Source: Vicinamibacteria bacterium (GTDB lineage: Bacteria > Acidobacteriota > Vicinamibacteria > Marinacidobacterales > Marinacidobacteraceae). Taken from it: 64,000 nt of DNA. The stretch spans positions 352,001 to 416,000 of the forward strand of contig OY729431.1 of the NCBI GenBank assembly GCA_963422395.1, written 5' to 3'. Of the stretch, positions 28,078 through 37,715 are shown piece after piece (the stretch's first letter is position 1; each line of letters starts with the position of its first letter). Both the position numbers and the translations under genes were made by a program. The notes beneath the pieces are model-generated. The model was not told where the DNA came from, did no database searches, and saw only the letters and a program-made list of their open reading frames with translations.

Positions 28078-29275
28078 ACGGTGGCAGCCGGTACTCCTCG
28101 CGGAACATCTGGGTGCGGACGGAGCCTGTGACATGGTGCGCGATGTCCCTCCCGGTGAGCAGATAGACGACGGTGGGGCAAAGGTCGCGCCGCATCACCT
28201 TTTCCGGGAACACCGCGCCGCGGCGGAAGTCGGGGCCGACCCCGAGCGTCCAGACATGGTGGGCGTAGTAGTTCCCCTGCGAATGATGGAGCTGTCCGTA
28301 CACATTGACCTCGTCGTCGCGCCCGCACTCGGGCCGGAGCAGGATCGAAGTCGTGTCGCGGAGGTACGGGTCGTTCTGGATGAAATCGTGGAGGTTGCCG
28401 ATCAGCTCGTCGGTCGCCGCGATGTGCCGCCGGTACTGCTCGTAGTCGGTGTCGTAATCCCAGAACCCGGCGTCGGCGTGGGCATCGTCGAGTGCCAGCA
28501 TCTGGATGGTGATGAGCCGGGGACGGAAGTCCCGGAGCAGGTGTTTCGCGATCTCGAAACACTGACCGTCGCCGAGCGGGACTTCGCGGTCCACGAGCGA
28601 AGTCCGGGTCGAGGCGGGGAGGTCGATGCGCCTCGATACGGCGTCGGCGAGCCAGTCTTCGACTTCGCGGAGCGTCCTCCGGGTGTGGCCGAGGCCGGGT
28701 TCGAGGTTCGCGGCGACGAGCTGTTTCGCCGAGCGCTGCTGGCCGTCGTGGAACAGCTTGTTCATCGTCAGTGAATTCGCGCCGAACTGCAGTCCGCCGT
28801 CGGGATGGACGCTCCAGTGCTTGCGGTCGTACACCCAGGACCGGTAGTAGCTCACTCCCTGCAGCATCCAGTAGTCGTTCGGCGAGCCACCGAGTTCCCG
28901 CCGGACCACTTCGGTCCAGGTGGGGTACCGCGGATGCTCCGAGACGGTCTCCCGGCCGGTGAGCATCTCGGTGTACATGTAGCCGTGGAGGTTCGCGGTC
29001 TCGCCGAAGTCCTCGGTGCAGACGGCGCCGGTCCGCATCATCCGCGCCATCCGAGGGGAGAGCGCCGGATCTTCCACGGTGTCCTTCTTGCGGCAGCCGT
29101 TGCCGTAGAGGATGACCACCAGGTGCCTCGTCTTGAGGCTCCGGTCGGGAACGAGTCCGGCCCGCCCCGGAACGGACGACGGCGAGTCGGCGAGCAGGCG
29201 GCCTGCCCCAACTCCGCCGAAGTGGAGAGCGGCGGCGCCGGCTGCGCCCAGAAAGCGGCGGCGGTTCACGGTCAT
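28037..29275 (-). CDS. Tat-exported alkaline-phosphatase-superfamily protein
   Basis: Tat signal NRRRFL, HLVVILYGNG, LDDAH, TDELIG, ECGRD, HH motifs. Confidence 0.65.
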   Translation of the reverse strand: MTVNRRRFLGAAGAAALHFGGVGAGRLLADSPSSVPGRAGLVPDRSLKTRHLVVILYGNGCRKKDTVEDPALSPRMARMMRTGAVCTEDFGETANLHGYMYTEMLTGRETVSEHPRYPTWTEVVRRELGGSPNDYWMLQGVSYYRSWVYDRKHWSVHPDGGLQFGANSLTMNKLFHDGQQRSAKQLVAANLEPGLGHTRRTLREVEDWLADAVSRRIDLPASTRTSLVDREVPLGDGQCFEIAKHLLRDFRPRLITIQMLALDDAHADAGFWDYDTDYEQYRRHIAATDELIGNLHDFIQNDPYLRDTTSILLRPECGRDDEVNVYGQLHHSQGNYYAHHVWTLGVGPDFRRGAVFPEKVMRRDLCPTVVYLLTGRDIAHHVTGSVRTQMFREEYRLPPYVLRNRFGDPAIG

Positions 29276-30792
29276 GCCGGGTTCCGCGATGCCGGCCGCT
29301 CCGACGATCCCGGAGCCCCGTCGAGGAACACGACATCGAGCCCCCGGACCTCTTCGTCCCGCACCGGGTTCAGGTTGCGGTAGTTCTGCGCCCGGTCAGA
29401 AAGATTCACCCGCGAAACCCGGTAGCGCCCCCGTTCCCGCCACTTCTCGATCTTCAGTGCTCCGCGAAAGACATTCGGCTGGGGAACGAGCGAAGGGCGA
29501 TGCAGCGGAGGATTCCGGCTTTCGAGCTCGACTCGCACCAGATCGGCTCCGCTCGGGCTCTGGAAGGACACGAAGACCTCGTCCACCCCGCTCAGGTCGT
29601 CGGTAACCAGCGCGGCGACCGGGATGGATTCGCCGGCCGGCGCCTCCCGCAGGGGCAGCTCGAGGGCGAGCAGTACCGGAGCCTCGTCGTCACGCCGTTT
29701 CGGGTCTGCCTCCACCAGGACCTCCACTCCGGCGAGCACCGGCTCGGTGGCGGCGAACAGCAGCGCGGCGTTCCGGGCGGAGTCGTAGAGCTCCACTTTC
29801 AGCACCCTCCAGGCGCCGCCTTCGTACCACTCCGGAATTGAGAATGCTCCGAGGAAGCGCCCCGGCCGGCGGGAGTCCCCGATCAGGTCGGCGCGCACCC
29901 GGCGCACCCCCGACGGGCTCTCGAACACCGCCCGCGCCTGCGTCGGGCCGGCGAGGTCGTCGTCGGCGAACGCCTCCACCCGGATCGTCTCCCCGATGCC
30001 GACCTCGGGGGTCAGCACCTCGATCGAGCGCAGCGTCGGCGGCATGACATCCGCTTCCGGATTGTCCGAGACCACGAAATGGGCGGGGGTGCCGTCTTCG
30101 GCTCGCAGCAACGGGTTGAACTCGGAGGAGTACGCCTTCTTGTGACCGTGCTCGTCGGTGATCATGGTCGAGCCGATGTCGTAGCGGCCGCCGGGGTGGT
30201 GGCGGTCCACCTTGCCGCGGCCCAGGTAGAGCTTCTCGTTCTTCGCGTGCGGCTCGAAGTTCACATAGACCACCGCGGCGCGTCCGTAGTCCCGGCTCCA
30301 GAACTCGGCGACGAAGCGCCGGCCCTTCTCGAACGCCGGTTCGACGCGGGCGATCGCGCGCACCGTTTCGCCGGGATCCACCTGCCGATCGATCACCCGG
30401 AACTCGGTCAGTGCGGTCGAACGGTGCTCCCCGCTCAACTCCGCCTGGGTCCGCTGGGTGCCGCGGCGGCGGTACTGGAAGACCTCGGGAATGTAGTCGT
30501 CGTCGGAGACGCCGAGCTGGCCGGTACCGTCGGCGCTCGCGGGCTCGGTCCCGAGCGTCAGGTCCCCGGGGATCTCGAACGGGTACGCCGCCGCTGCGGA
30601 GGAACCGGGGGACTCGGCTGGCTCGGAGGAACCGGCTGATTCAGGCGGCGGCAGTTCCGGGGGAGGGTGGTCAGGCGGAGGCTGGCCGGACGCCGAGCCG
30701 AGGCCGGCGAAACCGAAAAGCGCCGCCGCCGCCGCCTGTCCGATTCGGTCGGCGGTCGGCCCGGAGAGGAGGCAGCGCGCGACCGATCCCAT
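29272..30792 (-). CDS. Hypothetical exported protein with three Ig-like repeats
   Basis: Repeats D..PP.L......E...GE.I.V.A...DDL.G......F.SPSG twice, plus a degenerate third copy. Pro-rich linker after the signal segment. Confidence 0.65.
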   Translation of the reverse strand: MGSVARCLLSGPTADRIGQAAAAALFGFAGLGSASGQPPPDHPPPELPPPESAGSSEPAESPGSSAAAAYPFEIPGDLTLGTEPASADGTGQLGVSDDDYIPEVFQYRRRGTQRTQAELSGEHRSTALTEFRVIDRQVDPGETVRAIARVEPAFEKGRRFVAEFWSRDYGRAAVVYVNFEPHAKNEKLYLGRGKVDRHHPGGRYDIGSTMITDEHGHKKAYSSEFNPLLRAEDGTPAHFVVSDNPEADVMPPTLRSIEVLTPEVGIGETIRVEAFADDDLAGPTQARAVFESPSGVRRVRADLIGDSRRPGRFLGAFSIPEWYEGGAWRVLKVELYDSARNAALLFAATEPVLAGVEVLVEADPKRRDDEAPVLLALELPLREAPAGESIPVAALVTDDLSGVDEVFVSFQSPSGADLVRVELESRNPPLHRPSLVPQPNVFRGALKIEKWRERGRYRVSRVNLSDRAQNYRNLNPVRDEEVRGLDVVFLDGAPGSSERPASRNPA

Positions 30793-30918
30793 GAACCCAG
30801 CGAGCATCGACCAGCCCGCTTCCAACAGGTCCGCCAATATATCATCCGCCGCCAGTTCGCCGCTCCCGAGCAGACCGCAAGCGGCCGGCGATTTCGAACT
30901 GCGGCCCCCGAATCTCGA

Positions 30919-32226
30919 ATGCCCCTCTTTTCCCAGCGTTTCGGCCAGATGGGAACCGAGAACGCCTTCAAGATCGGGGAGGACATGGCCCGCGCCCGCG
31001 CCCGGGGCGTGCATGTCATCCCCTTCACCATCGGCGAGCCGGATTTCGACAGCGCTCCCCACATCAACGAAGCGGGGATCGCGGCCATCCGCCGAGGCGA
31101 CACCCACTACACCGATCCAGCGGGAGTCGCGCCGCTCCGCGAAGCGCTCGCCGCGCATGTGACCCGGACCCGGGGGATCGAGACGACCGCCGACCGGATC
31201 ATCGTGCTTCCAGGGGCGAAGCCCGCCATCGGCTACACCATGATGGCCTATGTGGATCCCGGCGACGAGGTGATCTACCCGAGCCCCGGGTTCCCGATCT
31301 ACGAATCGTGGGTCACCTATCTGGGCGGAGTGCCGAAACCGCTGGTGCTGCGCGAAGAGCGCGGATTTTCCTTCACCGCCGAGGATCTCGACCGGCTGCT
31401 CAGCGAAAAGACCAAGGTCCTCATGCTCTGCTCGCCCTCGAATCCCACCGGCGGCGTGCTGCCGAAGAGCCTCCTCGCCGAGGTGGCCTCGATGGTCCGG
31501 GAGCGGGCTCGGCCGGACCTCCGCATCTATTCGGATGAGATCTACGAACACATCACCTTCGACGGATTCGAGCACACCTCGATGGCCTCGCTCCCCGGAA
31601 TGGCGGAGCGCACGATCATCGCGAGCGGACATTCCAAGGGGTTCGCGATGACCGGCTGGCGCCTCGGCTGGTGCGTGCTGCCGACCACCGAGGAAGCGCT
31701 CCGTTTCAAGCAGATCAACATCAACACGGTGAGCTGCGTTCCGCCCTTCATCCAGGAGGCGGCGCGGGAAGCGCTGGAGAGCCCGAAAACGGCAGGAGTC
31801 GTCGCCAGCATGGTCGAGGAATTCCGCCGGCGGCGGGACTATGTGGTGCCCGCACTCGACGCCATCCCCGGGATCCGCTGCGCGAACCCGCTCGGGGCCT
31901 TCTACGTGTTTCCGAATGTCTCCGGTGCCTGCGAGTCGGTGGGCGCCGCCGCCGCCTTCGAGGCGATGTCCGCGGCGCAGCGGGCGAAAACCAGCCCTGC
32001 GACTCTCTTCTCCCGCTTCTTGCTCTACTACCACGGCGTCGCGCTGGTGGACCGCCGCAGTTTCGGAGTGATCGGCAGCGAAGGACAGGACTTCCTCCGG
32101 CTCTCCTACGCAGCGGGCATGGATGCGCTGCGCGAGGGGATCCGCCGGATCGCCGCCGGCGCGTCGGACCGCGTTGGATTTCGCCGTTTCCTCTCCGACC
32201 AGACCGCCTTGGGACTTGCCGCATGA
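30919..32226 (+). CDS. Class I/II PLP aminotransferase (aspartate aminotransferase-like)
   Basis: IGEPDF, THYT, PSNPTG, SDEIYE, SKGFAMTGWRLG, GAFYVFP. Confidence 0.92.
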   Translation: MPLFSQRFGQMGTENAFKIGEDMARARARGVHVIPFTIGEPDFDSAPHINEAGIAAIRRGDTHYTDPAGVAPLREALAAHVTRTRGIETTADRIIVLPGAKPAIGYTMMAYVDPGDEVIYPSPGFPIYESWVTYLGGVPKPLVLREERGFSFTAEDLDRLLSEKTKVLMLCSPSNPTGGVLPKSLLAEVASMVRERARPDLRIYSDEIYEHITFDGFEHTSMASLPGMAERTIIASGHSKGFAMTGWRLGWCVLPTTEEALRFKQININTVSCVPPFIQEAAREALESPKTAGVVASMVEEFRRRRDYVVPALDAIPGIRCANPLGAFYVFPNVSGACESVGAAAAFEAMSAAQRAKTSPATLFSRFLLYYHGVALVDRRSFGVIGSEGQDFLRLSYAAGMDALREGIRRIAAGASDRVGFRRFLSDQTALGLAA

Positions 32227-33245
32227 GCCGTATCTTCGTCACCCGCCCCATCCCCGAAGCCGGTCTCGCCATGCTGCGCGCCGCTGCCGAGGTTTCGGTG
32301 GCACCGACCCGCGACGGCGATTCCACCCCCCGCGCCGAGGTGCTCGACGGCGCGAGGAGCGCCGATGTCCATGTTTCGCTGCTCACCGAAGCAGTGGACC
32401 GCGAGCTCATGGAAGCGGCACCCGGCCTGCTCGGAGTGGCCAACTACGCCGTCGGTTTCAACAATGTGGATGTGCCGGCGGCGACCGAACTCGGGCTTCC
32501 GGTCTCGAACACCCCCGGGGTGCTCACCGACACCACCGCGGATCTCGCCTGGGCGCTGCTGATGGCGGCCGCCCGCCGAGTGGTCCCCGCCGACCGCTTC
32601 ATGCGGGGGGGCAACTACCGGATCTGGGGTCCGTCGCTGATGTTGGGCGCGGATGTGAGTCCGGGCGGGGACGGGCGGCGCAAGGTGCTGGGAATCGTCG
32701 GTTTCGGACGGATCGGCCAGGGGATGCACCGGCGCGCCCAAGGATTCGACATGCAGGTGCTGGCTTACGACCCCCCGCTGCGGGAAGTCGTCGAAGCCAG
32801 ATCCGATGTGGAGTACGCGGAGTTCGACGAGCTGCTGCAGCGCAGCGACTTCGTGACCATCCACACCGACCTGAACTCCGGGACCCACCACCTCTTCGAC
32901 GCCGGCGCGTTCGCCCGGATGAAGGAGACCGCCTTCCTCGTCAACACCGCCCGCGGCCCGGTGGTGGACGAGGCAGCTCTGGTGGATGCGCTCCGCTCCG
33001 GGGAGATCGCCGGTGCCGGGCTCGATGTGTTCGAGAAGGAACCGGCGTTCCATCCGGGCCTCGCAGAATGCGATCAGGTGGTCATGCTGCCGCACATCGC
33101 GAGCGCGAGCGGGGCGACCCGCGACCGGATGGCCACCATGTGCGCCGAGAACGCCATCGCGCACCTGGATCGGCAGCGCGCCCCGAACTGCGTGAATCCG
33201 GAGGTTTACGACACCCAGGCATACCGGCGGCGTACCGCGCGCTGA
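32223..33245 (+). CDS. D-glycerate dehydrogenase / glyoxylate reductase
   Basis: NYAVGFNNVD, NTPGVLTDTTADL, GIVGFGRIG, NTARG, GLDVFEKEP, PHIASAS. Confidence 0.92.
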   Translation: MSRIFVTRPIPEAGLAMLRAAAEVSVAPTRDGDSTPRAEVLDGARSADVHVSLLTEAVDRELMEAAPGLLGVANYAVGFNNVDVPAATELGLPVSNTPGVLTDTTADLAWALLMAAARRVVPADRFMRGGNYRIWGPSLMLGADVSPGGDGRRKVLGIVGFGRIGQGMHRRAQGFDMQVLAYDPPLREVVEARSDVEYAEFDELLQRSDFVTIHTDLNSGTHHLFDAGAFARMKETAFLVNTARGPVVDEAALVDALRSGEIAGAGLDVFEKEPAFHPGLAECDQVVMLPHIASASGATRDRMATMCAENAIAHLDRQRAPNCVNPEVYDTQAYRRRTAR

Positions 33246-33269
33246 CCGGCGGGCGCCCTGGACCCGGCG

Positions 33270-34748
33270 TTGCTCTCTCAGAGCTTCGTCATCGCCGCGG
33301 TGGCGGTGTACCTGTTGGGGCTGCTCCTGTTGGGAGCGTTCGCGTCCACCCGGATCCGGAATGCGACCGATTTCGTGGTGGCCGGACGCCGGCTCGGCAT
33401 CGGTCTTTGCACCTTCACCCTCTTTGCGACCTGGTTCGGCGGCGGGACTCTCATCGGGGCGGCGGGGGCCGCCTACTCCGGCGGGCTGGGCGCGGTGGCG
33501 GCGGATCCCTTCGGGGCCGCCCTCTGCCTGCTGCTCGCCGGAGCTTTCTATGTGCGGGTGCTGCGCCGCCTCCGACTGCTCACGGTCCCCGACTTCTTCC
33601 GGCGCCGTTTCGGAAGGCGGGCGGAGATCCTGGCGGCGCTCTCGATCCTGCCGGCCTACATCGGCTGGGTGGGCTCGCAGCTGCTCGCGGTGGGCACCGT
33701 GCTGTCGGCGATGGCCGGACTGCCGTTCACTGCGAGTGTGGTGATCGCCGCTGCTCTCGTCCTCATCTACACCGTGCTCGGCGGCATGTGGGGGGTGACG
33801 CTCACCGACTTCTTCCAGGCGCTGGTGCTCATCGCGGCGGTTTCCGTCCTGCTCCCGATGGTGCTCACCGCCGCCGGCGGCACCGGGGCGGTGCTTTCGC
33901 AGCTGCCGGCAGCGCGCACCCGCTTCCTGCCCACCGGCGGCCTGCTGGAGTGGCTCTTCTTCTTGCAGGCCTGGCTGCTGATCGGGCTCGGCAACCTTCC
34001 CGGTCAAGATCTGATGCAGCGCGCGCTCAGCTCCCGGAGCGAGCGGGTCGCGCAGTGGTCCGCCTACTTCGGCGGCTCGCTCTACCTCATCGTCGGTTTG
34101 ATCCCGGTGGCGCTCGGCCTGGTGGGCTCGGTGATCTTGCCCGGGCTCGAAAACCCCGAGGAGATCATCCCCCGCCTCGCCATGGAATACCTGCCGCCGG
34201 CGGGTCTGGCGCTGTTCCTCGGAGCGCTCTTCTCGGCGCTCATGAGCTCCGCGGACAGCGGCCTGCTGGCGCCGGCGAGCGTCTTCGGTCAGAACATCGT
34301 GAGGAACCTGGCGAGGGAGCTGCGCCCGAAGCAGATCCTGGCCGCGGTGCGGGCCGGGGTCGTGGTGTTCTGCGGGCTGGCGCTCGCGGTCGCCCTCTGG
34401 TTCGAGAGTGTCTATACCCTCATGGTCGAATCGTGGACGGTGATGATGGTCGGTCTCTTCGGGCCCCTCACCCTCGGGCTCTACTGGCGGCGGACGAACG
34501 GCCCCGGCGCCCTCGCCGGCATGATCTCGGGACTCGGGGTTTGGCTCGGTCTGGTGGTCCTTTCGCCAGAGACCGAACTGCCGAACGCGCTGATCGCCAC
34601 TCCGGTGTCCGTGCTGATGACCGTTTTCGTCTCCATCGGGACGGCCGGGAAGCACCCGCCAAAAGCGCTCACCGATGCCTCCGGCCGCGCGATCGCCGAG
34701 ACCGGCCGCCTGGGCATCCTCCCGCTGCGGGCGGGCAGAACGCAGTAG
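33270..34748 (+). CDS. Sodium:solute symporter
   Basis: DFVVAGRRL, ATWFGGG, YTVLGGMWGV..TDF.Q, QDLMQR, SALMSSADS. Confidence 0.92.
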   Translation: MLSQSFVIAAVAVYLLGLLLLGAFASTRIRNATDFVVAGRRLGIGLCTFTLFATWFGGGTLIGAAGAAYSGGLGAVAADPFGAALCLLLAGAFYVRVLRRLRLLTVPDFFRRRFGRRAEILAALSILPAYIGWVGSQLLAVGTVLSAMAGLPFTASVVIAAALVLIYTVLGGMWGVTLTDFFQALVLIAAVSVLLPMVLTAAGGTGAVLSQLPAARTRFLPTGGLLEWLFFLQAWLLIGLGNLPGQDLMQRALSSRSERVAQWSAYFGGSLYLIVGLIPVALGLVGSVILPGLENPEEIIPRLAMEYLPPAGLALFLGALFSALMSSADSGLLAPASVFGQNIVRNLARELRPKQILAAVRAGVVVFCGLALAVALWFESVYTLMVESWTVMMVGLFGPLTLGLYWRRTNGPGALAGMISGLGVWLGLVVLSPETELPNALIATPVSVLMTVFVSIGTAGKHPPKALTDASGRAIAETGRLGILPLRAGRTQ

Positions 34749-34769
34749 GCCCGCTGCTGCTCTGCTGCT

Positions 34770-35510
34770 GTGAGTTCCGGTCGCGGCTTTCGGATCGTGC
34801 CCACGGCATCGGAGCACGCCGGTGCGCTGGCCGAACTCCAGCGGATGATCTTTCCGACGCTCGACCCCGCGGAACGATTCGAGGCCGCCCACTACCTGCG
34901 CCACCTCGAGGTCTTCCCCGAGGGCCAATTCACCGCGCTGGCGGCAGGGCCTCTGGAGACGCCGGTAGCGGCCACCACGACGCTCCGCCTCGACTTCGAT
35001 TTCGAAAACCCTCGACACCGCTTCCCGGAGATCACGGGGGGCCTGGGGCTCGCCCGCCACGACCCCGCGGGCGGTTGGCTCTACGGTGCGGACCTCGGCG
35101 TCCACCCCGCTTGGCGGCGGCGGGGGCTGGCCCGCTCCCTCTACGCTGCGCGCCAGGCCGTCGTGGTTCGGCTGGGACTCCGGGGACAGCTCACCGTCGG
35201 GATGCTGAACGGCTACGGCGAGGTCGCCGGAAGGCTGCCGGCCGAGGACTACTACGCCGGACTGGTGTCGGGCGAGCTCGAAGATCCCACGGTCTCCGTC
35301 CAGCTGCGGATCGGGTTTCGCCCCGCCGGGTTGATCCCGGAGTATGTCCGCGACCCCCGCTGCCGCGGCTACGGTGTTCTGCTCGTCCTCCCGCACGAAA
35401 CTCGCTTCGGAGTGCCGCGGCCGGAATCCACCGGCTCGGCGCTCCCGGCGGCTCTCTCCGGAGCGCCGCCGGCCGAGAGGCGGACGGCGCGGCGGCAGGA
35501 GGCTCGGTAA
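34770..35510 (+). CDS. GNAT-family acetyltransferase
   Basis: HL.VFPEGQF, LYGADLGVHPAWRRRGLARSLY, DPTVSVQL..GF. Confidence 0.85.
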   Translation: MSSGRGFRIVPTASEHAGALAELQRMIFPTLDPAERFEAAHYLRHLEVFPEGQFTALAAGPLETPVAATTTLRLDFDFENPRHRFPEITGGLGLARHDPAGGWLYGADLGVHPAWRRRGLARSLYAARQAVVVRLGLRGQLTVGMLNGYGEVAGRLPAEDYYAGLVSGELEDPTVSVQLRIGFRPAGLIPEYVRDPRCRGYGVLLVLPHETRFGVPRPESTGSALPAALSGAPPAERRTARRQEAR

Positions 35511-35640
35511 GATTCGCTCTCCTCGGCAGGCAGCCGGAGAAAGGCGATCCGGGGATACGGAGTCGAAGCGGCGGTCGGTCTCGGCCGCCATCCCGGGAAC
35601 ATTCCCGGCGGGCCGCCGTAGGGACGAGGTATTGACTAGG

Positions 35641-36951
35641 ATGGATCCGCCGAGAGCTGCCGACCGGCTCGCGGAGCTTGCGATCGGAGAGGAACAGCGG
35701 GGTTCGCGGCCGATCGCGCTCGTCACCGCGGTGATCGGCGGCTTGGTGATTCTCGGCGGCGTGCTCTCCGCTGTCTTTCTGCTCGGGTCGGAGCCGGAGG
35801 TGGCCGCAGTGCGAACCGCACGGGTGCGCTCGATCTCCGTTTCCGCCGGAACGACGGTGCTGAATGCGAGCGGATATGTCACCGCTCGCCGCCAGGCGAC
35901 CGTGTCCTCCAAGATGGCGGGCCAGATCACCGAAATATCGATCGAGGAAGGGATGGAAGTCGAAGCCGGCCAGGTGCTCGCGCGGCTCGATTCGGCAAAT
36001 CTGGACCGCAGTCTGCGGCTGGCCGAAGCGCAGGCGGCCGCCGCCGGGAAGGCGGTGCTGGAGGTCGAGGCGCAGCTCGTGGAGGCGCGCCTGCGTCAGG
36101 CGCGGACCCGCCAGCTCGCGGAGCAGGAGATCGTCGGCCAGGCTGATCTCGACCGAGTGGACAGCGAAGCGGCCACCCTCGAAGCGCGGGTCGATCGCCA
36201 GCGGGAGGAGATCTCCGTCGCGGAGCGCCAGGCGGATGTGATCCGCCAGCAGCTCGAGGACACCGTGATCCGCGCCCCCTTCGACGGGGTGATCACCGCC
36301 AAGAACGCCCAACCCGGCGAAATGATGTCCCCGATCGCCGGGGGGGCCGGCTTCACCCGCACCGGGATCGGAACAGTGGTGGACATGGCCTCCCGCGAGA
36401 TCGAAGTGGATGTCAACGAGGCGTACATCAATCGGGTCTCGCCGGGGCAGCCGGTGGACGCGGTGCTCGATTCCTACGACGATTGGCAGATTCCGGCGCG
36501 GGTGATCGCCATCATCCCGACCGCCGACCGGGACCGGGCCACCGTGCGGGTCCGCATCGGGTTCGAGGAACTCGATCCGCGGATCCTTCCCGACATGGGG
36601 GTCAAGGTGAGTTTCCGTTCCGCGGAGCCGGAACCGGGAGAAGCGCCCGAGGGGCTGCTCATCCCGGCGGCGGCGGTCTTCCGGGACACCGGTCGGGATC
36701 TGGTGCTGCTGTTGCGCGAGGGACGGGTCCAGCGCCGGGCGGTGCGGCTCGGCGACCGGACGGGGAGCGATGTATTCGTCCTCTCGGGACTCGCCGAGGG
36801 CGATCGGGTGGTCGTCGAGGGAATGGAGGGGCTCGCCGACGGCGACGAGGTGGTGGAGGCCGGCCGCGCTGCCCTGACAGGACTGCCCGAAGGGGGCTGC
36901 CGGGCTACCGCGATGCCGTCCGATTCGGGGGCAGGAGAACGAACATCATGA
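35641..36951 (+). CDS. Efflux periplasmic adaptor (MFP) subunit
   Basis: N-terminal TM, LNASGYVTARRQATVSSK, IRAPFDG, EVDVNEAYI, ILPDMGVKV. Confidence 0.9.
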   Translation: MDPPRAADRLAELAIGEEQRGSRPIALVTAVIGGLVILGGVLSAVFLLGSEPEVAAVRTARVRSISVSAGTTVLNASGYVTARRQATVSSKMAGQITEISIEEGMEVEAGQVLARLDSANLDRSLRLAEAQAAAAGKAVLEVEAQLVEARLRQARTRQLAEQEIVGQADLDRVDSEAATLEARVDRQREEISVAERQADVIRQQLEDTVIRAPFDGVITAKNAQPGEMMSPIAGGAGFTRTGIGTVVDMASREIEVDVNEAYINRVSPGQPVDAVLDSYDDWQIPARVIAIIPTADRDRATVRVRIGFEELDPRILPDMGVKVSFRSAEPEPGEAPEGLLIPAAAVFRDTGRDLVLLLREGRVQRRAVRLGDRTGSDVFVLSGLAEGDRVVVEGMEGLADGDEVVEAGRAALTGLPEGGCRATAMPSDSGAGERTS

Positions 36952-37715
36952 AGGAAACATCGAATTCGCCAGCTTCGGGCCCGAGCCGCCCCATGGTGGA
37001 TGTGCGCGAAGTCCACCGCACTTTCCGCCGGGGCCGCGCCGCGGTGCCGGTGCTCGCCGGGCTCACGCTGCAGCTGGAACGGGGCGAATTCCTGGCGCTC
37101 ATGGGGCCTTCGGGTTCGGGCAAGTCCACCCTCCTGAACCTGATCGCCGGCCTCGACCGGCCGACGAAGGGCGAGGTGTTCGTGGGCGGCGACCCGATCC
37201 ACCGCCTCTCCGAGCGGCGCCTGGCCGCCTGGCGCGCCCGCAACATCGGCTTCGTCTTCCAGTTCTCGAACCTGCTCGGCGCGCTGAACGCCGAACGGAA
37301 TGTGGCGCTGCCGTTGCTGCTGACTTCGCTCTCGGCGCGGGAGCGGCAGCGCCGGGTCCGCATCGCGCTCGACATCGTGGGGCTTTCCGAGCGGCGCCGG
37401 CACCGCCCGCGGGAACTCTCCGGCGGGGAACAGCAGCGCGTCGGGATCGCCCGCGCGCTGGTGAACGATCCGGCGCTCCTCGTCTGCGACGAGCCCACCG
37501 GCGATCTCGACCGGGTCACCAGCCGCGAGATCCTCGATCTGCTGGGCGCCCTCAACCGGGAACACGGCAAGACGATCCTCATGGTGACCCACGACCCGAT
37601 GGCCGCCGAAAGGGCGTCCCGGCTGCTCCAGATGGAGGACGGCCGGCTGGCGGAGCACGAACCCGGCGAACCCGGCGCGACGGCCGTTCCAGACTTCGCG
37701 GGAGCGGTGCGGTGA
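36948..37715 (+). CDS. ABC ATP-binding protein
   Basis: GPSGSGKST, LSGGEQQRV, DEPTGDLD. ATGA coupling to the upstream gene. Confidence 0.93.
   Translation: MKETSNSPASGPSRPMVDVREVHRTFRRGRAAVPVLAGLTLQLERGEFLALMGPSGSGKSTLLNLIAGLDRPTKGEVFVGGDPIHRLSERRLAAWRARNIGFVFQFSNLLGALNAERNVALPLLLTSLSARERQRRVRIALDIVGLSERRRHRPRELSGGEQQRVGIARALVNDPALLVCDEPTGDLDRVTSREILDLLGALNREHGKTILMVTHDPMAAERASRLLQMEDGRLAEHEPGEPGATAVPDFAGAVR

Noticed and set aside
32106-35930. Very long ORFs of 1274 aa (-) and 1170 aa (+), and similar ones such as 3458..6034, 25316..27907 and 21883..24546
   Set aside because: Arg/Pro/Gly-rich or antisense shadows of well-supported genes, expected at high GC. Only the C-terminal part of 3458..6034 (ogt) is real.
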